Below are positions 11,694-23,740 of a stretch of 64,000 bases of DNA, in pieces. The DNA is from Selaginella moellendorffii (taxonomy: Eukaryota; Plantae; Lycopodiophyta): positions 638,574-702,573 of the forward strand of contig NW_003314345.1 of the NCBI RefSeq assembly GCF_000143415.4. Reading direction: 5' to 3'. Both the position numbers and the translations under genes were made by a program. Each line of letters opens with the position of its first letter. Position 1 is the first letter of the stretch. Below the pieces are notes generated by a model. It saw only the letters and a program-made list of their open reading frames with translations. It was not told the origin of the DNA and did not search any database.

Positions 11694-14600
11694 TGTCATG
11701 AATGTGACTGCGGGTATCGAAAGTTACCTGTTAGCTAATCCTTTCAAATATTCTTTCATTATTGCCACGATGGCAAGAAGTCAATATTGCTAGACTTGTT
11801 ATTAGTTCCCACTTGAGCTAATTGAGAAACTGGTCAATGGCCGTGCATTTAAATTGGATAAACATAAGGTAGAAACCCTATCTATTTCTTGCTGAGCATA
11901 CTCGATCTGGTTAGAGAAACTCCTGTTATTGGCATGCACTTGCTAATATCAAAAACCCCCACAATATTGAGCTTAGTCCCTCAATATTCAGTGGATAATA
12001 GTTTACTGTATCTGCCAAATACCCTCGCTATCATGCCTTTTGTGTTAGTCTCATTTTGGTCCTGAATGCTATTTATAGAAAATGTCTAGATTTGCTCATT
12101 TAGCATATCTATGAAATGTAAGATTATCCTAAACACAATGGTGTTCGTCCCATATTCAAATTTGCAATCTAGAAACATTCCATATTATTAAGTTTCAAAC
12201 CTATCCTAATGTCCCAAAGACTAACTCCTGGTACTAAGGGTTTCTAAAGGTGAAAGCTCAAAGCGTGTATTCCTCGGGGGGGGGGGGGGGGGGGGGGAAT
12301 ATAGGGGGTTCCAAATGTATAGTAGGGATTGTGGGTAGATTGGGTATGGCCAACCAACTTGAGATATAGTCTACCTTCTACTTGTGTGTTTGTTTTGTTT
12401 TACATTTGAAATAGCATTAGATTCCATTTGGCTCTATTTTGCCTACTGGTCTTGGCATTGGGATGCTAGATGCTCTATGACTGTTCCAAGTTGCTTCTTG
12501 CTCCTATCCTTTTTCTCCTTGGGTTATACACGTGGGAGTTGTTCTATGCTTTCGTTCCTTCACTCCTAGCTCCATGTTTGGGAGTTTTGCTTTGTTCCTT
12601 CATTTAGTGGCTCAAGGCCCTGAAACTCGGGTTCCACTCCCCTGTCTTTAGAACATGTGGCATATGGAGGGTTTAGGTTCTGCTTTGTGGTTATCCTATG
12701 ATAAATTACCATTGGATAAAAGGTGAAAATCATATGCACTACATTTGGTATTAGAGGATGATTCTCAGTGAGTACTATCCAATGAGATTGTGCAACTAGT
12801 CTCGTTGCATGCGCAGAGATGAAAACGATGATCTGAGTGGGTACACATTTGGGTGCTAAAACTTCGCATTCATTCCTTAGGTGTGGATTTTAATTACTTC
12901 TTTATACCATATTATGTGAGCTTGCTCTTGAGCTCATAAAATGGATGGAGATGTTCCATTTTGAACTAGTTTGCGTTTGGGCTCATGAGTGAGGCATATT
13001 AGCAATATAAAGTTACACTTTGACTTGGCAAGATGGATTTGAGGTATACCATTTTACACAAGTTTGCATTTGGGCTTGTGAGTGAAGCACATTAGCAACT
13101 CAAGGTTACACTTTGAGTTGGCAAGATTAATGTTAGCCTATTGGTGGTTTCATGAGTTATTCCATGTACCATGGGTAAAAATAAACCTTCCCTAAGTTTG
13201 TTATGAGTGGCAAATAGGCTGATCCATAGCTATTTAGCATGGCACTAGTAGATCCTTCCTAAGTATGATTATAAGTGGATCAATCAAGACTGTAGGGATT
13301 AATCTCTTGGTTCAAGTAGTCATTGTTGTGCTCTCTCATAAACTTTTCTTGGATTGAATTGAAAACAGTGAGAAAGTAAGCCTGAGATTTGGTAAAAGAT
13401 GACACCGAAAGAGAGTCCTTAGGGACAAAAGATCAAATACATAAATCATTTTCTCTTCTTGGAGAGATGATTTGCAATGAGGTGTTAATTCATTGCTCAT
13501 ACTCACGTCATGCAATCAAGAATCCCTATCTTAATATATGTTAGAAATAATGGTTTTACAAATGATGAATTGTAGGATGGATAGTGGTGAAGCGCCAAAC
13601 TATTTTGTCTAAGCTTGCTATTAAAAACTTGGGTTGCAATGCTTAATCTTTTTCCTAAGAACTTTACTATTGCTCCTTGAGTAGCTTGGTGTTGGACAAG
13701 TTTTGAGTTTGGTCGGATAGAGAGTGGTATGAGCTTGTCCATATTATGAAAAAGAGTTAGTGGTATTGGGTGTTATAAATCTCTATAAGTGGGATGTAGC
13801 ATTTATGTAGCATTTATATTGCATTTTGTCGAATTGAGTTGGCATTTGATACTCACATAAAACTTTGAAGTAATGATATGAGCATTGTTTGTGGTGTTGC
13901 TCAATTGATGATCAAGTCATTGTGATTTTTAAATCATAATCCATATGATCGTGAATAATGTGTTTACGAAGTTGCTTTGTTAAACGATGATCAACCCTAA
14001 TGTGGTTAATAGTGAAGTTAATCTACTTGCATAAAGTAGCATTATAGTAGCTTTGACTGAATTTTCGATAGTGGTCCATTATGTTAAGTTTGAGATGGTA
14101 TCTTGTTTCTTTGAGGGTTTGCCCATTGAGGTGTTGGAAAGGGTTATATCATTCACTTGCTATAACTTGTTGGTGAATCTGTTGCACTTGGAGTAAATTA
14201 TTGGATGGTAAAGGTATGTAGTTGAGGCATTGACATTGCTAGCACTTATGCTAGTGGAAGTGATACTGTTGTTTCGAATAATGAGGAGTTTTTCCTTGGA
14301 GTTTGATTTTCAATGTCATTTTTTTTGTTAGTGTTTTGGCTTCACATTAGATTTTGAAAGTGATTGAAAAAGAGTGTTAGTGCAATGTGGGTATCTAAAG
14401 ATATAGTTTTTGTGATCAAGTCTTGGATGTTTATTTTGTATTTTACAGGTGTTGGTGTTGGATGTCGAAAATATGGGTATGATGTTCAATGCTTAGATAT
14501 ACTGTTAGGTTATAAAAACCTATATTGAAGTGCTTATGTGAAGTTGTAAGTAGGAGGAAATTGGTTGAGTATTGAATGTATTCCTAGATTAAGAGTCATT

Positions 14601-14764
14601 CTTTCTCTAGGATGGAAGTTTTTCCACAAATTTTCTTAGATTTTTCCAATAGTTGATTTGTTAATCACTTTGCCTGAAAACCATTCTGTTTTTGAAAGCC
14701 ATTACAAAGTAGTGAAAGGGTTGGAGTTGGCTTCGACTAAGTTAGACCATAATATGTAATTTGT
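11694..14764 (+). mobile_element. Old LARD-like family A copy, 5' part (5' LTR 11694-12743, PBS, internal region)
   Basis: Reverse complement of ~57595-60660; PBS tttggtattagag follows ...CTACA. Confidence 0.85.
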
Positions 14765-15356
14765 TGTAAACTCTTTCATTTTGGACTTTTTGGGAGATCA
14801 TCCAACCTAGTACTATTCAAACCCAAAGACGGTTAACCCCAAATATCCCAAAACCTTTAACCGATTGGAAAAAAAGGTGCATTCTTGTTTATGGGCCTTT
14901 TCCCTTTATATTTGAACCTTATAAAACATCTCTCGAATTGTTCTCTTTAGTTACTTACAATCTACCATATTTCCCTACAAATTCACACCTTCGTGAACGG
15001 AAGCTAAAAGCCATAACTCTCCTGAGAGCCCCACTCTCTTGACACCCTACCCCTCAAGTCGAGCCTTGCTAGAATAAATTGGACCTGCAAGATGTCAATT
15101 AATATGTGGTGTGATTCCTCTAGGCCAGCCAACAAAGTCAAACTTGAGACCTCTCTAATACCAAATGTAAATTCTTTGATTTTGGACTTCTTGAGAGGTC
15201 ACTTAGCCCAGTACTATTCAAACCTAAGGATGCTTAACCATTAATCGATTGAAAAAGAGGGTGCACTCTTGTTCATAGGCCCTTTCTCTCTATATTTGAA
15301 CCCCATAGATCGTCTCTCAAGTTGTTTCCTTTAGTTACTTAAATATTTCCCTCACA
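14765..15356 (-). mobile_element. TRIM-like element (two ~200-bp direct repeats, short internal region with Met PBS)
   Basis: Repeats at 14765-~14985 and 15166-15356 both start TGTAAA..CTTT.ATTTTGGACTT and end CA. ctctctaataccaaa is a reverse-complement PBS. No matching TSD. Confidence 0.6.
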
Positions 15357-15359
15357 ATC

Positions 15360-18300
15360 TGATGAGCAAAAGGCAGTCTGAAAGAAGTATTCACAAAATC
15401 TAAAACGAGATTACAAAGCACTTGCTTATGATATCTGTGATCTTAACCTTCCTTAAGAACATACTAAATCATTTCTCAATCAAGCTAGAGAAAAGCTTGG
15501 AAGAGAGCGAGTTAAAAGCATATTAGGTACACCTTAACGAAGAGATCAGAAATCCCAATACAACTTTAACAATCATCCAAAATATATGAATCTATACACT
15601 ATTCCTCTTTGGCAGCATTGGTAAGAGAGAAGAGTTAAATTTAAAACCCTTACCCTTTGATAGTGATTTAGGTTCCCCTACGAACCAAACACCTATTTTG
15701 CCTATATTGGTTACAAAATAAAGCATTTTTTGTTAAATTGCAATGAGCACGATAGTAATTGTAGAAACAGCAATAGGCACCATTATCACATATCCATCCT
15801 TTTCTAGAATTGAAGGAGAGGGCCCATAACTGCATAATGAGTAATATACAGAAGCAATTAAGTTCAATCAAGCAAATGGGCAAGAAAAAAAAGTTTCCCC
15901 TATATGTTCAAAAATAAAGCCAAAGATTGGTACTATGATAATGATGTCAAAAATCTTGGCACATTTGATGAGCAGATAAATTTTTTTCTTAAAACTTTCT
16001 CCATAAAAACAAACCTAAAAGAACACTATGATGAGTTGCAAAAACATCATCAAAAAAAGCTAAAGACAATCGAGGAATATATAACTTGATTCAATAAGCG
16101 TTATAAGCATTATAAAGACATAGTGTTAAACAAAATGTGTCTATACCTATATATACAGGGCCTCAAGAAAATTTATCATGAACATGCGATAAAGAGAGCT
16201 CATGCAAATTTCAATAACTTGAAAAAAGCCATGATTATCTACCAAGATCTTATAAAACAATATGACATGGTAGATATGATGAAGTCAAATGAAAAGACAA
16301 CTCCTATAAACAAGAAAATTAATCATCTAAAAAGCCTCAAATTGTAAACCAACCTCAAACAAGGGATTTAGTGTACCAGATGCAAAAATGAAGGCCATAA
16401 TAAAGAAGAATACAAACTCTAGCTGATGAAGTGCTAATTTTGTGAAAAAGAGGGGCATTTAGTTAAAAAATGTAGAACTTTGTTCAAACAACTAGGAGGC
16501 CAATAGGCAACCCGAGTTAATAAATAACACATAAGCAAATATATCCACTATATGATAGAAATTATCATAAGAGGAACAATTACCATAATAATCAAAATGC
16601 TAAACATGAATACCCACATGCTGAAAGGTAAGATGACCATTAGGATTATCCACCTAGGGGTAATTTTCAAGATTTTCCACTTAACCATGAGGAAAATAAG
16701 TCTATAGACTATAATCAGCCTAGAGAATATGATCAACCTAAAAACTATAATACACCTAGAAATTATAAAAATCCAAAAGGGTATAATCAAGCTAAGACTC
16801 TTACTCGCTATTGTAGGCTATACAATTAAGTTGAATCATGAAACAAGAATGATAGGCTTCCTAAGGATATGCAATTTGTATCTAGGCACATTGAGGTAGA
16901 ATGGTCAGATATAGAAAAGCTACCTAGTATCTGTGTCATGATCAAATCCTAATGAAGAAGGGCTAAATTTGGAAGCCAAGATGAAGGGAGTGATGATGAA
17001 GTAGAAATCATCCCCAACTCTCAATGGAACCAAAAGAAAAATATCAACACAGAAATCATTCAACAACTCCAAAACTTACAACCACAAGTCAATTTGGAAA
17101 ATGGTGATTTTAACACAGAAAGTTTTATGCCTTTATAGACTAATACGAATTTACCATTAGCATAAAAGGAAAAATCTTATACTAAAGCTAGATAGCAAGG
17201 ATGAGAACAAGGTATAATGAAGTTCCTACAATTGATATAAAGATTGGCAAAAATTTATTATTTGGAACTTTTATCAATGGTGGCTCAAACATAAATATTC
17301 TGGAAAAGAACATTTGCAAAGAATTAAACCTAAGCCCAATTCAACCTTAATGTTTAATGTACAAATAGCTAATGATCGAAGTGTTAGGCCCATTGGAATT
17401 ATTAAAAATATCTTAACCAATATAGTTGGCCTAAAGTACAAACTCAATTATGTCATGTTTAAAATGACACGACAAGATTCTACCTATAAAACTTTATTAG
17501 GAAGACTTTAGCTAAAAATTGCTTATACAAACGAAGATAGGAAAAATGGTTTCTTGTGTATACAATAAGGTAATCAAAAAAGGTTTTTGCCCATTACTTT
17601 CACGATATAGTTGAAAAGGAAAGATTAACCCTTCAAAATTTTATAATTGGGAGGAAGGCTTAAATGATTTCTAAGAATAATAAATTTTAAAAGCTTTTCT
17701 TGAAATTGAGCCAATTTCAAAAGTTGATATTTATTCAATACTTAAATAAGTACCTAAGCAAGAAGCCTTTAGATTAAAGATTGGTTCGACCATAAAAGAT
17801 TTTTTCCCTAAAGGAGGATCTTGCCTATAAAATTGATCAATAGAGAAACTATATTTCACATATTTTTTGTGATTAATCATTTGAGTAAATCAATTTAGCA
17901 AATAAGAATAATCCTCATATTGTCAAAATTGCTCAAGGATTGCAAAGTGAATTTTGCAATCATGCCATAAATCTATTAAAATACTACAAGGACATTTTTG
18001 CTTGGTCTTACACATATTTAAAAAACATTTTGCCATAACTCTTTACACATCATATTGAGATACGCTTAGGAAATATGCTTAAAAGGTAAATGCCCTACAA
18101 AATGAATCCCAATTACTGAAGTAAAGTAAAGGAGGAAATCAATAAAATCCTTTAGGTAGGATTTATCTATCCAATTCAGAATGCTCAATGACTTTTACCA
18201 CATGTAATTGTGCCTAAGAAAAATGGCAAATTACAAGTTTATGTGAATTACAAAACACTAAATGATGCAATAAAAAAGGATATGTTCTCTATTCTTTTCA

Positions 18301-19130
18301 CAAATGAAATTTTAGATTTAATAGCAGATCATGAGATGTATTCATTTTTAAATCGATTCTTTGGCTATAACTAGGTGAAAGTAGCACCTGAAAATCAACA
18401 CAAAACGGCTTATATAAGCCCATGAGGAGTTTATATTTATTATAAATGCTTTTTGGACTATGTAATACTCTTTTTACATAGTTGTTATAGATACATTTAG
18501 AGAATATTTCATTAATTTCATGAGAGTTTTCATGAGAGTTTATAGATGATTTTAGTGTCTTTAGCTCCAAAATGGAATATTTAATTTGTTTGTAAAAATA
18601 TTTTAAAAAATGTAGAGAACATAACATTTCTCTTAATCCAGAAAAGTGTACTTTCTTTGTAAATTTTGGCATACTTTTAGATCATAGTACATAAGGGAAA
18701 CATCCTTGTAGAGAAAGACAAAATTCAAATGATTGAGACAATGTCCACCATATGACTTAAAAAGTACGTTTTAGGCAAAGTTGGTTATCATAGGCAATTT
18801 ACAAAAGTTTATGCAAAGATTGCCAAGTCACTTACTGATGTTTTAAAAAAAGATTCTTCTATGAAATAATACTGTCTATGAAATAAAAATTGTCAAAAAA
18901 CATTTTTAAAGCTTAAATAATGCTTCAAAGAGGCATTTATACTTGTTAAGCCTAACTGAATAAAGGAGTTTCATTTATAAATGGATACTTTTGATATTCC
19001 CACGGGTGCAATATTGTCTTAGACACAAGGTGATCAAAAAGATCATCCTATCTACTATGCTAGCAAACGCTCAAATCCTGCTGAACATAACTACATAACA
19101 ATTGAAAAAGAAGCCTTAGGTGTAATTTAT
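15360..19130 (+). pseudogene. 5' part (gag, protease, RT, RNase H) of the old non-chromovirus gypsy
   Basis: Gag-like ORF pieces 15904-16347, protease near 17270, RT motifs (VPKKNGKL, FIDDF) and IEKEALGVIY ending at the LTR-A insertion site. Confidence 0.8.
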
Positions 19131-20560
19131 TGTAGTGCATATGGTTTTTACCCATTATCCTTTGGTGATTTACTATAGAATAACCATGAAGTGGAACCTA
19201 AACCCTCTATATGCCATGTGTCATATTCCACATGCCATATGCCACGTGTCCAAAGGACAGCAGAGTGGAACCCAAGTTTCAAAGCCTTAGGCCACTGAAT
19301 GAAAGAATGGAGTAGAACTCCTAAATATAGAGCCAAGGAGTGAAGGAACTGAAACACGGAACAGCTCCTAAACGTACAGCATAAAGAACGAAGGGATAGG
19401 AGTATGGAGTGACTTGGAACAATCCTAGAGCATCTAACATCCCAATGCCAAGACCAGTATGCAAAACGAAGCCAAATTGAGTCTGGCGCTATTTCAGTAT
19501 ATTGATGGCTTAACACGAGGATATAAGTACTCCACCAATTAGTATGGTATGGAACTTGGGTTTAGACCCAAGCTAAATGCAAAACAAGGATATACATGCA
19601 AGTGAGAGCTAGACTATCCCTACTATACATTTGGATATGCCCCTCCCCCCTCCCCTTGAGGAACACATGCTTTGGACTTTCACCCTTACCCACCTTTAGT
19701 ACCAAGAGTTAGTCTTTGGGACAAGTTCAAAACTTATTAAATATAGAATGTCCCTAGATTGTAAGTTTAGACATGAGACAAACACCATTGTGTTTAAGAC
19801 AATCTCTAAATTCTGTAGATATGCCAAATAAGAAAATCTAGACACTTTCTATAAATAACATTTGGGATCGAAATGAGACTAACACAAGGGATGTGACCAA
19901 GCTCAATATCATGGGGGTTCTTGATACTAGCAAGTGCAAGCTAATGATAAGAGTTTCTCAAAACAGGCTAAGTATACTCAACAAGAAATATATAAGGTTC
20001 CTACCTTATATTTATCTGATTTAAGTGCATGGTAATTAACCAGTTTCTCAACTAACTCAAGTGGGAACTGATTACCGGTCCAGCAATACCGACCTCCTAT
20101 AAGGAAAAAATATCTAAAAGGACTAGCTGATAGGTAACTTTTGATACCCATAATCACATTCGCGACACTCTCCCTCCCCTTAGGGAAGACCGACGTCCTT
20201 ATCGATGTATACTTTAGTCAAGACCACCGACAAGGAAACAATTTTAGAAAAAGTTCATTGTGATCATATTATATGAGAAATGAACCAACTTAAATGAGTT
20301 AAAGTAACTTCTTTATCTAACACGTATGTGCTACCAACTTAGACACATTCCGACCATCGCCAATAAGGAAATGACTAACAGAGTTAGCCTCCCTTGCTAC
20401 TCTAGGTGTTACCTAGCTTACAAAAATGTGATATGCCCTTGCAGGAACATAAAAAGAGAAGTCAAAGGCCTCAACCCTCATGAGCAAAAAAGCCAAAGAG
20501 TTGCAGCCAACCTTACCCTCGGTGGTAAGGTTTAGATAGACTATTGTAAACAGGCAGTTT
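19131..20560 (-). mobile_element. Old family A copy, 3' LTR (19131-20167), PPT and adjacent internal region
   Basis: Homologous to 53376-54898; flanked by TTTAT, whose reverse complement (ATAAA) flanks the LTR at 11694. Confidence 0.85.
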
Positions 20561-23500
20561 AATGCTGCCTCACATTCCGCTATCCATACCATCTTCCCTT
20601 TTCCCATTTGGTCTATTAAGGGCAGGGCTATTCTCGAGTAGTGTCTGATAAACTTTTGGTAGTAGTTGCATAGCCCCAAGAACGCCCTCAACTCATGTAC
20701 ATTCGATGGTCGCTCCCATTCCAGGATTGCTTGGACCTTCTCCAGGTCCACCTTGAGCCCGTCCTGGCCCACCACATGCCTGAGAAACTTTACCTCTTGT
20801 TGAGCAAAGTCACATTTGCTCTCTTTAGCATACAGTTTGTGTTCCCTTAGTTTCTCAAACACCTTCGTCAAGTGTTCGGCATGCTCCTCTAGCATCTTGC
20901 TATAGATCAGGATGTCGTCGATATAAATGACCACGAAGTGATCCAGATAGGGTACAAAGATGTGGTTCATCAACGCCGAAAACGTTGCCGGTGCATTGCA
21001 CAGCCTAAAAGGCATCACCAGAAACTCAAAGCTCCCATACCTTGTTCGACAGGTTGTCTTCTCGACATCTTCCTCTGCTACCCTGATCTGGTAGTATCCT
21101 GACCTCAAGTCAATCCTCAAGAAGTATTTTGCCTTTCCCAACCTATCGAACAGGTCCTCAATCCTTGGCAAAGGGTACTTGTTCTTCTTTGTATATTTGT
21201 TGAGCAATCGGTAGTCTATGCACATGCACATAGATCCGTCTTTCTTTTTCACAAATAACACCAACGCCCCATACGGTAACTTGCTCAACCTAACATACCC
21301 TTTGTCCACCAAGCGCTTGAGCTTCTCGAGTTCCTTTTCGTTCAAACGATAGGGGGTACGAACCATCGCCTCAGCACCCTCGACCAGTTTAATCTTATGT
21401 TCTATCAGTAGTGCGGGGGGCAACCCCGCCGGTAGCTCCTCTGGCATGGTATCCTAGAATTGGTCCAACACCCGTTGGATCACTAAAGGTACTTCTTTCG
21501 TTCCTGTCTTTTTGTCACTCTTCACCGAGAGTAAGCACAAAAATGTTGCCTTAGTTCCTTTAGTGAGTTGTCCTCTTGTGGACACCAGGTTTAGGCAAGA
21601 ATCTTTGGCCTTGCATTGCCCTACCTTTATATCCTGGGTCTCCACCCTGGATCTTCTTCCCTGGGCATTCACTAGTACCACAAGGTTCCTACCTTGTCCA
21701 TGCAGGGCTACCACGAACCGATTGAACCAATCCATTCCGAAGATCACGTCAAATCCCACCATGTCCAATCCATTCCGAAGATCACGTCAAGTCCCGCCAT
21801 GTCTAATCCATTCCGAAGATCACGTCAAATCCCACCATGTCCAATACGGTGAAATCCATGTCCACTTTCCATGTCCCTACTTCGACTCTCGCTAGTCGAA
21901 GTACTTCATTGGTGCTTTGGCTACCTTGAACAAACTCTATAGTCCTTGGTTCGCCCAGCTGTTGCACAGTTAGTCTGGCTTGCCGAACTATGTCTACAGC
22001 CACAAAATTATCCAAAGCACCCGTGTCAATAAGGATCTTAACAAAGCTAACTCCGAGCTTCCCTCGGAGGGCTAGTAAATGTTGCGAATGACTCTCTACC
22101 AAAGTTGCTCGTGTAATGAGTAACTTTGAGTTAGGGACTGGATCACATACCTTAGTTTGGACTTCACCCGACTTGATGGCCATATTGGCTCTGGCCTTCT
22201 TCGGGTAGGGACATTCCCTCAAAAAGTGTCCCGCTTCACCGTAGTTGTAGCATACGTTGTTTCCTACGCTGCTATACGACTTGACCTTCTTATCCATAGG
22301 TTTGTCTCTTTTCGCTTGACTCCCCCACGTACTCACTTGCTGGCCACCGGGTTTGCCTTTTCGAAACCCCAAGGACTCATTCTTAGAGAAACTCTTCTTG
22401 AATTTCCCTCTGCTATACGTTCCCCTTGGTTTGGCCCCTTTGCTAAACGTGGACCCTGACCCCGTCGTGTTCCCTTTTCGCAGGTTATCGTTGAAATGCA
22501 CCTTGATGGCCACATCCAACGCTTCCTTGTAGTTGGTTGGGTTCCAATGCATCACCTCACCGCGAGCCCAGGTTTGCAAACCTGATATGAAGGCATGGAA
22601 CACATCCATATCCCCCATGTCCGTGACAAGTATCCTCTTTGCCATAAACCCATTTACATACCCTTGAATGGTTCCGGTCTGCTTTAGCCTACTCAGCTCG
22701 TCCTTTAGATGTAGAGTAGCATTTGGAGGAATGTAAGTCGTGCAGATCCTCGCCTTCGTCATTTCCCAAGTGGCCACCGGTCCTTTATTGGCCTTTGTCG
22801 TTCTCCACCAAGACTTGGCATTATCTGCCAAGTATGGTTTTGCACATGGGACCTTCTTTGAGCTCGGTAACTGCAACGCTTGGAAGTAGTCCTCCATATT
22901 GTAAAACCAATCCTCCACCACCTTATAGTCGTTCACTCCCTTGAAGACCGGTGGGGGCTTTGGTTTGTACTTGGGAATTGCCTAAGGGACTGATTTCACT
23001 TTGGTCTGTTCGACATTGTTTGGTTTTGCCTCAATCCCTGCTGAAGGGTCCGCACCTTCTGCGCTGCCAGCTTTTGCAGTCTTTTGCCTTTTCTTCCGCT
23101 TCTCGTCACGCTTTAGCTTGCGTACGAGAGTCTCCAGCAGGGCATTGGTCTGTGCCAATTGTCCTTCTAGAACGTCCAATCGCACCTTGGACATCTGAAC
23201 CTCACCACCGGACTCCTGTTTGGAAGATTCCTTACTAGAGTCCTCCTCATGCAAGGATTCGTCATCCATAGCCTCTCGTTCGACCGGAGGGTCCAGCTCT
23301 GGAGGAGGTTCCATCTCCGCCTTGGTTCGTTTCCGCCCTGCCTTTGCCATCTCCCAGCAATTCACCTTTATCCTTTGCTAGAACTGAGGAAAAGGCTCCA
23401 ATACCAAATTGTAAGCCACAAATTTTTCCTTTCCGATTTGCCAGTTTACCTCGTCTATTCGACCAACACCGCCTTGGCTTGTGCTAAGTTCCTTCGCCAA

Positions 23501-23740
23501 GGTTCTTGCCTATTATACCAGCTCCTACTTGGTCCTACTTGGTTTCAGCTACTCACTGCACCAGCAACGGAGTGTTAGCCATCCGTCCACGGATTCCCAA
23601 ATCTCTCCCAATCCCCCTCCCCGGGTTAGACTGGACTTAAGGTTCGGTTACACTCCCCGCAGGCACAAGCAACCAAGAACACCAAGCCTCCAGGTTCCGA
23701 ACACCCCTTGGTACAACAAGGCTTGATCATGACACCCTCG
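20561..23740 (-). mobile_element. Chromovirus family B copy: partial LTR (23410-23740), Met PBS, gag, protease, RT
   Basis: ORFs 22982-23365, 21803-22936 (gag, CCHC-like knuckle, IDTGA) and 20413-21447 (YIDD RT). Truncated after RT at a junction with family A sequence. Confidence 0.9.
21729..21842. repeat. 38-bp unit triplicated inside the protease region (frameshifting)
   Basis: aatccattccgaagatcacgtcaaatcccaccatgtcc x3; single copy in paralogs near 5990 and 26090. Confidence 0.9.
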